A DNA stretch of 62,497 nucleotides, the filler included, from Asterionella formosa (taxonomy: Eukaryota): NCBI GenBank assembly GCA_002256025.1. It is 18 parts of 18 records of this genome, joined end to end, with 100 filler letters (N's around TTAATTAATTAA, not from the genome) between each part and the next. Parts side by side here need not be neighbours in the genome. Positions count along the whole stretch, not along the records: positions 1 to 1,850 come from NKIB01001030.1; positions 1,951 to 3,800 come from NKIB01001031.1; positions 3,901 to 5,750 come from NKIB01001032.1; positions 5,851 to 7,699 come from NKIB01001033.1; positions 7,800 to 9,648 come from NKIB01001034.1; 13 more parts are not named here. One strand, 5' to 3'. Shown here one piece after another: positions 1 through 9,748 of this stretch. The number at the start of each line of letters is the position of its first letter. The first letter of the stretch is position 1. The translations under genes were made by a program, and so were the position numbers. Under the pieces are notes generated by a model. The model was not told where the DNA came from. It ran no database searches and saw only the letters and a list, made by a program, of their open reading frames with translations.

Positions 1-105
1 CTTGGCTGTGCGTCGCAATCAGTATTGCGTGGCTTCAAAACTGGAGGGGCGGAGGGACAGGCGGAAGTGTGGTACAGTACATTTGTAAGGGGCGTTCTTA
101 ATATT

Positions 106-1553
106 GGGCGCGCTCTGAAATTAAAAATTATTATATCATGTGTATTACCGGTATAACACAAATCGTTGTACCCATAACCCCAAAATTTGTGTTTATGTTG
201 ACCAAATTTTTACAGTTATGCATAACAGTGCATTATATAAGAAGATGATTAGGCATGAATGACTACATATAATTTCCCATAATATTTCAAGACTTGCTTG
301 CTCATACCCGAAATGGCTTCTTGCTCTCACCAAAAAAGACGATGTTGGTATGCATATACATGTACACATCAATCATCATAAAAGTATCATCAATCCATGT
401 CTGCTTCCAGTTTTGTTGTGATCATGTCTTCTTGCTCACAATCCACCTGCAATACAATCTTAGAGGTTGCAGCCATTATTAACTCATGTGCAATGTCTGC
501 ACTGATTGATAATTATAAGGCGAAATGAAGAAACAGAGCACATTATATCATTCTATACATTTGTTTGTTAGCTTTAATGTCACTACATCGTCAACTCTGC
601 CATAAACTAAAATACATTTGCTGTGCTTGTAAATGAAGAAATTGTGTTCACCACAGACCTTTGTTACTGTAGTATCCTATGTACAATGGCGTCTGCAGCA
701 TTGAACTTATTTTGCAGACAAAAAACAGTCCACTTAATATCTCCGCTGGTACCTCATGATTGTATCCATCTACAAGCTGCAATACATTTGGATTTGCTGT
801 CTCTTCCTCTCGCAGCTGTTGATATTGACTTTCAATGTCATCAAAAACTGAATTGATTTCACCTCCGTCCCCATGGGAATTGATACAATCTTGTTGTCTT
901 GTTTGAAAGTCAGGAATAAGTTGGCGGGCTTGCTGCCAATCGCTCTTGCCTTTGCTGAAATTGATTTTCAATTTCATCGAAAACTTGATTGATTTCACCT
1001 CCATCGCTATGGGGATTGATAAGAACTAGTCGTTGAAAAGCAGGAACAGGTTGGGCTCAGTCCATAGCATGGGCAAACAAACGATGCAAGTCCCTCTGAC
1101 TGTCTTCATTTTGGAGTGAAAAGTCGCTCTTGGAGAGCAATACCTTGTTGTGAAAGTTCTGTTGGCCTGATTTGACGATCAGAGGCTTGTTTCTTCTTGA
1201 GAAAAGCTGAAACTTCTATGTCTCTGTCTCTCATGTTTTAAGTTCACTCATGGCATCACCCTTGTCATCAGGAGATGAGAAGTAAGCCGACATGCTGGTC
1301 AGTGACTGACATTAGTGAAATTATGGAACTCATGTGGACAGTGAACAAGAGGCCGCATAACACATAAGAGGATGCATCGCTATGAAACTATAACTGTTAT
1401 AAATTAAAGTTAAATTTATATAAAATGTCAGATGACTAATCTAAAACATCTTGATTATCAGAGCGTGACGATGTTATTATGTATCAAATCGCCAAATAAT
1501 TTGTGTTATAATACACACATGATGTAATAATTTTTTAATATCAGAGCGTGCCC
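106..1553 (-). mobile_element. Decayed TIR DNA transposon, possibly PIF/Harbinger-like
   Basis: ~60-bp imperfect terminal inverted repeats: GGGCGCGCTCTGAAATTAAAAATTATT... at 106 and ...AATAATTTTTTAATATCAGAGCGTGCCC ending at 1553. Broken minus-strand reading frames include a WIDDT segment reminiscent of the Harbinger FIDGT motif. The TIRs are seen directly; the family assignment is weak. Confidence 0.5.
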
Positions 1554-1850
1554 AGTGGGCGCGCTGCTTCTTCGATATACCAAATTAATTTGTGACAAAA
1601 TTATCATATCACAAATATTCCTTCATGATTTGATGTAGTATAATATCGTCGTTGCACTGTGAAATTCATATTATTTTAGATTACTTATCTAACATAAAAT
1701 AAAAATTCAACTGTTATTTTTATCAGTTAAATTTTCATAGCAATGCATCCTCCCATTTGTTATGCCTCCTCTTATTCATTTTAAATGTAATAATATCATT
1801 GATTTGAGTTGCATAATCTCGCCATCATTGGTCACTGACAATGTTGGCTT

Positions 1851-1950
1851 NNNNNNNNNNNNNNNNNNNNNNNNNNNNNNNNNNNNNNNNNNNNTTAATT
1901 AATTAANNNNNNNNNNNNNNNNNNNNNNNNNNNNNNNNNNNNNNNNNNNN
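1851..1950. other. Artificial contig-concatenation spacer (first of 17)
   Basis: N44-TTAATTAATTAA-N44, with stops in all six frames. Identical spacers at 3801-3900, 5751-5850, 7700-7799, 9649-9748, 11598-11697, 13547-13646, 15495-15594, 17444-17543, 46965-47064, 48909-49008, 50852-50951, 52795-52894, 54737-54836, 56678-56777, 58618-58717 and 60558-60657. Confidence 0.99.
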
Positions 1951-2333
1951 GTTCTACTTCTGTTTTTGTCTTCGTGCAATTGTGGTACCTGGCACCGGGT
2001 ACTTTGCACATTTCACACCAGCATGGATTTATCTATGTATTTTACTGGCATGTATCTCTGGCAACAAGCTCGCTGTCTGGGTAGTTCAAGAAGCTAGTTC
2101 TTTTTGTCTGCTTGGCGGCGGCGTTGTCATCAGCAAGAAGGGGGCAGGACGCCGAGGATATGATTTGCACTGGGTGTGGAGTACCTGGTACGTTAATATG
2201 TACAGTTCCAGGTCGTACAATACATAGTACCAGGTACCAGTGTCGTTGGCAACGAGGACAGTTTGCATGTCCCTGGTTCGTGTAGGTACTGGTCACTGCT
2301 ACACCAGAGACGGTACCTGTTACCCCTTGTACT

Positions 2334-2423
2334 GCAAGTTGCGGTCATTTTGCTTGTACTAACATTTCAATCTAGGATAAAGATAGCTAAATCTTTAGTT
2401 TCAGCAAAATCACGGCAACTTGC
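2334..2423. mobile_element. ~90-bp MITE-like element with ~21-bp TIRs
   Basis: GCAAGTTGCGGTCATTTTGCT...AGCAAAATCACGGCAACTTGC. A second copy lies in reverse orientation at 49651-49742. Confidence 0.7.
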
Positions 2424-2654
2424 CTGGTACCAGGCCTCTCTGTCTAGGAACAGTTGCATCGATAATTCAAATTTATCCGGGGCCATTTCGACTCCTACGA
2501 TTTTCTCCGGCTCAATAGCCTTATGGTGCAGCTTGCTCTAGGCTACGGATCCATGTCTAAATAATATATAGTTTGAAATATGTAGAAAGATTAACTACAT
2601 TTGAAAAAAGTTTTTCGGCTTTTTCGACTTCAACTTTTGCTCATCTCGAGCGAA

Positions 2655-3800
2655 ATGCAGATGCCTGACCCCCCTTTTTTCTTGCCACCACCTCTTCTTA
2701 ACAAGGATATGAGAAAGGATCTAACACCAGAAGAGCGTCAACTCAAGTTGGATTATGGTTTACGGAACCTCCAAAAGGGACCTGATGGAGGGGACAAAAT
2801 AGATGGTCAGCTCATTTTAGTGCATGGAAATGTTAAATTTTTGGCAGGCTGGTTCAAAGTTGATAAAACAACTGTACAACGTATTTGGAACCGCGCGCTC
2901 GAATCCTATTATAATGATGATACTTACGTGTTTGCATCGCTTTCCCGCAAATTATTGACTGGGTATACTCACAAATACCCACATGAAGAAATAATTGCAG
3001 CGATTAGAGATATTCCATATCACAAGCGTACTATGTATCGTAAACTAGCAGCTGCTCTTGCCCTTCCCAAGTCAACAGTTTTTTGGATTGCAAGGGATAA
3101 CAGAGAGAATGTAGTATGACTGCACACAAGTGTAGTCAAGCTGATGCTTTCGGAGGAGGGTAAGATAAGTCGTTTTATGTATTTTGTTAATCATTTACAA
3201 TTGATCCATCCAGATCTAAAACATCCTTCCCCTGACGTCGATTTTGATCCGGGACTGTTTGGTTATTATGATGGCTTTTACGACCAGGTCCATATAGATG
3301 AAAAGTGGTTCTTTGTTTCAGAAGGAAAGTTGAAAATATATCTGGGTCATGGAGAAGGAGCTCCCACAAGGCGGACAAAACATAAGGAGCATATCGAAAA
3401 TGTCATCATGTTCCTTTATGCTGTGACACGTCCGCGTTTTGACGACGAAAAAGTGTGCACGTTTGAAGGTAAAATTGGAATTTGGCCATTTGTGCACCAA
3501 GTAGCAGCGCAAAGAAGTTCAATTTATCGACCAGCAGGGACAACGGAAAGAAAGTCACTCCCAGTGAAAAAACAGTCATACGCTGACATGATTGTTGATA
3601 ATGTTTTACCTATGATAAAAGCGAAGTGACCTAATGGAAACAAACGAATATGTCTACAGCACAACAATGCTTCGACACATTTTGGTTCCGATTTTGCTCC
3701 CTTTGTAGCAGCTGCAACAGATGAAGAATGGGATATTCGATTGACTAAGCAACCAGCAAACAGTCCGGATTTGAATATCAACGATCTATCTTTTTTTAGT
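2655..3800 (+). pseudogene. Tc1/mariner DD39D-type (plant/oomycete-like mariner) transposase pseudogene, 3' truncated by contig end
   Basis: One frame across ORFs 2601-3119 and 3144-3629 and beyond, with in-frame TGA at 3117 and 3627. Motifs: HIDEKWFF, FEGKIGIWPFV, QHNNAS (second catalytic D changed to N) and QPANSPDLNINDLSFF. There are 39 residues between the second and third catalytic positions. Confidence 0.9.
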
Positions 3801-3989
3801 NNNNNNNNNNNNNNNNNNNNNNNNNNNNNNNNNNNNNNNNNNNNTTAATTAATTAANNNNNNNNNNNNNNNNNNNNNNNNNNNNNNNNNNNNNNNNNNNN
3901 TATTTAACATACGAGCATGTGGAACAGGCACAGGATTCCGAACAGGAACAAGGTAAGTAGTGTTAGTAATGTTAACTCCATGAACCTTA

Positions 3990-5071
3990 TGTTTGACCGT
4001 TGTTTCATATCCCATGCGTGGTCGGTTGCATTAAAATGCATGTGCCCTGCCATTTCCACTGAGTACAAAATTATCATGTACAAATTTACGCTTGAAAGGG
4101 TGGTTGTATTCTTGATACATCACAGGACTGCATTTAGTAAGAATGCGAAGACGATCTTTTGTTAAAATTGACACCAGTCACGCTTATTTTCTTGATACGT
4201 CATGGAAGTGTCTTCAACTTCAACTATTTATTTACGATTTTGTGTTAGAAAATTGACACCAGGCACGCGCGTTCTCTCGACATAACACGATTGCCTTCAA
4301 CAAGCGATGCGAAGTCGATTTCGGCTTATGGTAGAACTCATGCTTGAGGATGTGCTTGAGTTGATCTTTTAATAATTGTTGACTCTCGAAGTAAGTCAAA
4401 ACCAAGCAAATCAATTTTTTTTGTTCTTTTCATTGTTCCACTCAAACACTTGTTGCCACGCATTGTCAATAAAGCAAAATGACAATCAACCTCAAATCTT
4501 CCTTGGCGGAAACCTCTTGATCTTGCTTCTGGATGAGTTATCATGAGTTTTAGGAGCTTCTTCAAGGTCTTGAGACAGGCAGCGAAGTCGATTATAAACA
4601 TGTTGAAATGTTTTATTGAGAAATATCATGGCATTCAACCACTGTTGTTGACTCTCAGAGATATCATGAAGAAGGTAATCTTCCAACCACATCACTATGA
4701 CTTTTTTGTTGAGACTGTTACGGTGGGACTGAGCATCTGAGTGTATTGCAACGCTCATCCAGTCAGACAGGACGATATCTATGAGTCATCTTTTGTAGCA
4801 GTAGGTGAACAAGCAAGGAATCTGCTAGACTGAAGATATATGTGTTAGCCATATCACAGGATTTACTGAAATCAATAAACAAGCTTCCCCTGAGCGTCAA
4901 TTGATCATATCTTTGCTGTAAGACTCCAAATGTCGATCTGGCTTGTAAGGATACACAAAGAAGTTTGAATCTTGATGTTTAGTATGTTGTTATCCTTCAT
5001 CAATGGGACCACTGGAACTTGAGAGGACATCAACAATATTAATTCTAATTGGACTCTTTTTGAATTCAAAG
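3990..5071 (-). pseudogene. Degenerate gag-like interior of an LTR retrotransposon (probably Gypsy) adjoining the LTR at 5072-5268
   Basis: Broken minus-strand frames give QQQWLN...VYNRLRCLSQDLEEAP, NAWQQVFE, LTYFESQQ and a His-rich MHFNATDHAWD, resembling diatom Gypsy gag. Lies directly inside the LTR. Confidence 0.45.
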
Positions 5072-5268
5072 TGAAGTATCTAACTAGAAGTAGTAGTATT
5101 TATTGAATATATGAGCTTATTTGTTAATCCTTGTGTGTAACTCGTTCTCCAAGTCGACACCAAAGTATACAATGAGGGTTAGTCGAGTTCTCTCATTATT
5201 GAGTTCTTATACATATATGATATAACACTAACCCTATATACATCTGTATTGATGCGCAAGATCGCTCA
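5072..5268 (-). mobile_element. LTR, family B (~195 bp, TG...CA)
   Basis: TGAAGTATC...GATCGCTCA, followed by CCAGGTACCTGG. Homologous to 17556-17750 and, in reverse, 51603-51797. Confidence 0.8.
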
Positions 5269-5852
5269 CCAGGTACCTGGTTGTTGAATGGTGGTAAAAT
5301 TGTACAAGACTGCAGACTGCGCCAGTTTCGTTTGTGTGTTCATTTTATTAGAGGAGTCTGGTACATTTTATTAGGAAATGAGCACAATTGACCGCGCCCA
5401 TATTAAATTAATTAATTATAGACTTGTTTGTACCTGGTAACTGGTACATGGTACCAGGTACCAGTACCCTAGAATCATCATGATCATACTTGCGCCACAT
5501 AAATTATAAAATCATGCCAAAATCAAGGAAACCGCCACGATGAAGGTTGCTTCTGCATGGTCAGTTTGATGTGATTGTGACTCTTTCTGATCTTCTACTT
5601 CTCACACCTCTTACTCCTTTCTTAATTACAGCTTCTCATGAAAGAAAATTCAAGATTCAACGACGAATTGAGGTCGTTGTCAAGGTTGTTTTGCTGGCGC
5701 TTATCTTGGTATGATGTTGATTGTTATTTCATTTATTCCTTGCCTTTTGTNNNNNNNNNNNNNNNNNNNNNNNNNNNNNNNNNNNNNNNNNNNNTTAATT
5801 AATTAANNNNNNNNNNNNNNNNNNNNNNNNNNNNNNNNNNNNNNNNNNNNAA

Positions 5853-6998
5853 AGGTGGGTTGATACCCATATTCAAACGTGGGCCAACATTGCTGGACCA
5901 CTTCTTGGAGTACCCAAAGCAGTGCCATCTATTCTCTCAGGCGAAATGAAAGACACCAATATTGTGCATGGGATGTTTGGGCCAACCGTGATCGAGCAAT
6001 TCTTTGGAAGAAAACTTCGTCAAGAACTTTGGAGCACGTGGGGCTCGCTATGGTCCATGTTACCAAAGGGCGGCGATGCTATATGGGGTCCCGGAGCAGA
6101 CATGTGCAATGAAACATCAGTGGTTGATGGCGTAGAATGCAAAGAAACAACTGATGACGCCACCTACAATAATTTTGCATCGTTGGTGCAATTCACTGAT
6201 CATGGTTCCAAGGGGAAAGAATGTTCGAATTTGGCAGAAAACGTCATCGAGAAATTTGGCCGTGAGCAACGACATGGCGTTGATGCAACGATTGACCTCC
6301 TTACTAAGTGGGGTGCAGGTTATGGAAAATCCTTGGCCAACACTTGGTTTGTTTCTTACAACACACAGGAACGTTCATCCCCTAAAACGTGGCACGACTC
6401 TTCTCGAACTCCACTTCCAAATGCTCCGAATTTAAAGATATACTGCATGTATGGAACTGGTCTTGATACAGAACGAGCCTTCTTTTATCAACACAATGAC
6501 AATTTGAGCAGCAAAGAGGAGAATGGTCAGTGTCCGGTATCGCCCTCAGATCTTCCATTTATCATGGATTACTCTGTTGAAAAGAATGAAGGACAAGGCA
6601 TTAAATACGGAGTCAAAATGGTAGATGGGGATGCTTCTGTCCCGTTGATCTCGCTTGGATACATGTGTGTCAATGGTTGGAAGCAGCGATACCTGAACCC
6701 ATCTGGAACAAAAGTGATCACTAGGGAGTATCGTAACCAGCAGGCTTTTTCCATGGGCGATCCGATCCGTGGGGGATCCAGAAGTGGAGAACATGTGGAT
6801 ATCCTGGGAAACCTTGACATGACGGAGGACTTTATTCGTATCGTTACCGATCATGATTCGGGCAGTGTTCTAAACCAAATCAACAGTGATATTGCAGCCA
6901 TCTCGAAGCGTATTGATGCACACCCACTTGGTGGTCTCAACAAAAGGCGGAAGCGATCAAATCCTCTTCGTCGCTTCCTTCCAAAGAGAACACGATGA
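5853..6998 (+). CDS. PDAT: Phospholipid:diacylglycerol acyltransferase (LCAT family), 5' truncated
   Basis: Frame is open from the contig start. Motifs WVDTHI...NIAGPLLGVPKAV..ILSGEMKDT, PLPNAPNLKIYCMYG, DGDASVPLISLGYMC and RGG..SGEHVDILGN match PDAT/Lro1, including the catalytic Asp and His. Confidence 0.9.
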   Translation, partial: RWVDTHIQTWANIAGPLLGVPKAVPSILSGEMKDTNIVHGMFGPTVIEQFFGRKLRQELWSTWGSLWSMLPKGGDAIWGPGADMCNETSVVDGVECKETTDDATYNNFASLVQFTDHGSKGKECSNLAENVIEKFGREQRHGVDATIDLLTKWGAGYGKSLANTWFVSYNTQERSSPKTWHDSSRTPLPNAPNLKIYCMYGTGLDTERAFFYQHNDNLSSKEENGQCPVSPSDLPFIMDYSVEKNEGQGIKYGVKMVDGDASVPLISLGYMCVNGWKQRYLNPSGTKVITREYRNQQAFSMGDPIRGGSRSGEHVDILGNLDMTEDFIRIVTDHDSGSVLNQINSDIAAISKRIDAHPLGGLNKRRKRSNPLRRFLPKRTR

Positions 6999-7069
6999 AA
7001 GCTTTTCTCTCATAACAAAATATAAAACCGTAGAGCTGTACAATTTATAAAGAACCGTTGTATTTAATG

Positions 7070-7699
7070 TCATCGTCGCCTTTCTCCTAGACCTTTGCCA
7101 TGGATCTTACGCCGGCTGCTTGCATCTTCCTTTGGATCAACAACTAGATATTCGTCCATATTTCGTCCATCTCCACCCAAACCTTCCTTGGATTCATGAT
7201 CGACATGACGCTTGCACGTAAATGTGGATCCCAACCAATTCTCTGGATCTTCTTCCGTCTCTAGAACTTGACCATGATAGGACTCGTGTGTTTCAGCTCT
7301 TTTGGGAGTTTGTTGCTGACGAGCCATCATCATCCGAGTGGCAAGTCCATCGTCATCGTCATGACGATGTACCTTTTTAACATCTGACACAGTTTGTCGT
7401 ACCTTACTTTGAAAGGCCATTAATTTGGCCATGGTGTCGTCTTCTCTATGTTGTTTCGTGCCGGCTGAACCACGTTTGTATTTAGCAAGGCGTGCTTCTA
7501 CAATACTGGAAGAAACTTTCTTTGGTTGTGGTGGTGGCGGTGATGGTTTTTCCGTTGGTCTTGTTTCTACTGCAATTGTTGGAGGCTTGGAGGTTGGTTC
7601 ATATCGAATCGTTGCAACTGTTGATTCCATTTGTTCATTGATCGCATTATTATAATCCATGTCTTGTGTAGATTTTTCGATTTGTTTTTCTGTCATTGT
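7070..7699 (-). CDS. CWC27: C-terminal part of spliceosomal cyclophilin CWC27-like protein, 5' truncated
   Basis: REDDTMAKLMAFQSKV, WLGSTF and EYLVVDPK resemble the conserved CWC27 C-terminal blocks. The cyclophilin domain is not on this contig. Convergent with PDAT, 71 bp apart. Confidence 0.65.
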   Translation of the reverse strand, partial: TMTEKQIEKSTQDMDYNNAINEQMESTVATIRYEPTSKPPTIAVETRPTEKPSPPPPQPKKVSSSIVEARLAKYKRGSAGTKQHREDDTMAKLMAFQSKVRQTVSDVKKVHRHDDDDGLATRMMMARQQQTPKRAETHESYHGQVLETEEDPENWLGSTFTCKRHVDHESKEGLGGDGRNMDEYLVVDPKEDASSRRKIHGKGLGERRR

Positions 7700-7799
7700 N
7701 NNNNNNNNNNNNNNNNNNNNNNNNNNNNNNNNNNNNNNNNNNNTTAATTAATTAANNNNNNNNNNNNNNNNNNNNNNNNNNNNNNNNNNNNNNNNNNNN

Positions 7800-8820
7800 A
7801 AGACTGCTGGGCTCAAAAGCCGCCCAAAGATGTGGCCGTGCCAGTGTCCATGCTACACCACGTTGTTACTGAGAAAGAATGTTTGGCACCACAACATACT
7901 CAAGAAGCCAATCATCTGCAATGCCAGAATTCTCTTTCAGGACTCACTTACTAGTACATGCTCCACCGATGCACAATGCTGCTGCCACCTTGGCATCAGG
8001 GTAGGGTAGATTGACATCAATGTTAGTGTCCACTTGCTCTTTTGATCGTTTCCAGCGACCTCGAGAGCTGATGTCATCCTGTGAGCACCCATTTCGTTGT
8101 GCATGTGTTGATGGGAATTTTCGTAGGCTGTGCGTGCTGATTGGCCAATTGTTCAATCTGACAAACTCATATTTTTCCCACACATGGTCCTGAAGAATTC
8201 TATTTGCTTTGTTCTTCGCGTTATCTGGATTATCGGGGCCTATAAAAAGCAAACACATGAGGATTTTGCGATGCTGCACCGGATTCCATGCCTTCTGTTT
8301 CAAGGTGGTGGATGGCAATGGCAAGTTCAACACATTAGGTTGTTGACATGCATCAAATGAGTAATTGATCAGGAGCTTCTCTCATATTGTCTACATTCTT
8401 TGACCAACAGAGCCCTACAAGCAGGGTAAAGTGAGCGAAAACGGTCATTGGGTTTTAGATTTTCCTTCTTTAGTTGGACACAGTCATTAATTTGGCAAAC
8501 CATTTGGAATTGGAATGTGCAAAGGGTAGACATTTCATAACAACGAATACTGTCAGGATAGGTGTGTATTATTTTGCTACTTTTCGGTTTGGCATGAAGA
8601 AGGAAATGGCTTTTGTGTAGTACTCAAGTGAAGTTGAGTGTCCCAATGTTGGATTGTCATCACAAGCGATGGATCTGGCTGACCAAAAACCTTGAGAGCC
8701 ATCCATTTGTAGTAGATGTCATCCGGTTGGATTTCAATGATTTGCTCATCACTAAACTCATAGTCTTTACCATAGATTATTCCATATTTATAGGACATCA
8801 TGGAAAGAGGAACTATGCCA
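7800..8820 (-). pseudogene. Crypton-type tyrosine-recombinase transposon, decayed
   Basis: THSLRK...RGRWK...VDTNIDVNLPYPDAKVAAALCIGG is the stramenopile Crypton C-terminal signature, with the catalytic Tyr apparently replaced by Asn. N-terminal fragment IQPDDIYYKWMALKVFGQPDP...LEYYTKAISFFMPNR. Multiple frameshifts. Confidence 0.8.
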
Positions 8821-9099
8821 TTGTATCTCTTGCATTGTCAAGGCTCATTGAACATTTGTCGCTTTCCTGTCATGTTAATATTAGTCAATTCTTTATTTTA
8901 CACAGCATGAAATTCGATGATTTCTGGTATACCAGGTACCAGGTACTAGTACCACCATCAAGGTGCATCAATTTCGCTATGCTTACTGGTCTTTCTCCGA
9001 CTAATCAGAGTTTTTCAACCACGAAGGGAGTACAAAATCAACTGTCAGTACAACCGGTCTCTTGATTTTTTCTTTGGCTGTTCTACAGTATTGTACTTT

Positions 9100-9188
9100 T
9101 GTCATAGTGTATCTGTTAGGCTGTTGATGTCGACAGGTGTAAGAAGACTAGGTAGTCTGAGGAATGTCTAAACGGAAATAGACAGGAT
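9100..9188 (+). repeat. ~89-bp dispersed repeat with three short hairpins
   Basis: Near-identical copy at 54863-54951 and diverged copy at 43346-43437. All start with TGTCA. Confidence 0.85.
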
Positions 9189-9232
9189 TTATATAGCAAA
9201 ATAATATGCAGACAAGCGGCAAGAGAAAGTTC

Positions 9233-9296
9233 TTGACTGGTCATTCCAGGGCAGTACTGGAGTGCGCTAGAGTAGGCGCCATATATTTCAACATGG
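9233..9296 (+). repeat. ~65-bp dispersed repeat
   Basis: TTGACYGGTCATTCCAGGGCAG...AGAGTAGGCGCMATATATTTCAACA, also at ~17792-17860. Confidence 0.75.
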
Positions 9297-9748
9297 TAGC
9301 GGGCTCGTTAGTTCAAGTGGCACGAGCGAGGATATTCATAAAACCAGAGGTCGACAGTTCGAGTCCTCAGCAAGAACAGAAAGAAAAAAGAGAAGAGAAG
9401 AGAAAAAGAAAAAGAGACGAAGAAAAAGAGAGGAGACAAGTATATTATGTAGTGCCGGTATGTTGTATTCCGATATGATAAAACCTGGTACCTGGTACCG
9501 GTATCTGGTACCAGGTACCCAGTACCCTGTACTATTTGATTACCGTAGCGATGATGGTTTTCCAGAGCAAGTTGCTGTAAATTAGCAATTTAGCTCTGTT
9601 TTCTTATAGTAAAAACCGTCTTGTACAGCAACTCCCTAGGTACTGGGANNNNNNNNNNNNNNNNNNNNNNNNNNNNNNNNNNNNNNNNNNNNTTAATTAA
9701 TTAANNNNNNNNNNNNNNNNNNNNNNNNNNNNNNNNNNNNNNNNNNNN

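Noticed and set aside
1851..1950. Regularly spaced TTAATTAATTAA palindromes separating ~1.85-kb blocks, superficially an array or cassette system
   Set aside because: These are artificial N-padded six-frame-stop linkers. The block sizes reflect length-sorted contigs. ORFs ending in X...LIN are artefacts.
5400..5420. Natural TTAATTAATTA resembling the linker core
   Set aside because: No N padding, so it is ordinary AT-rich sequence.
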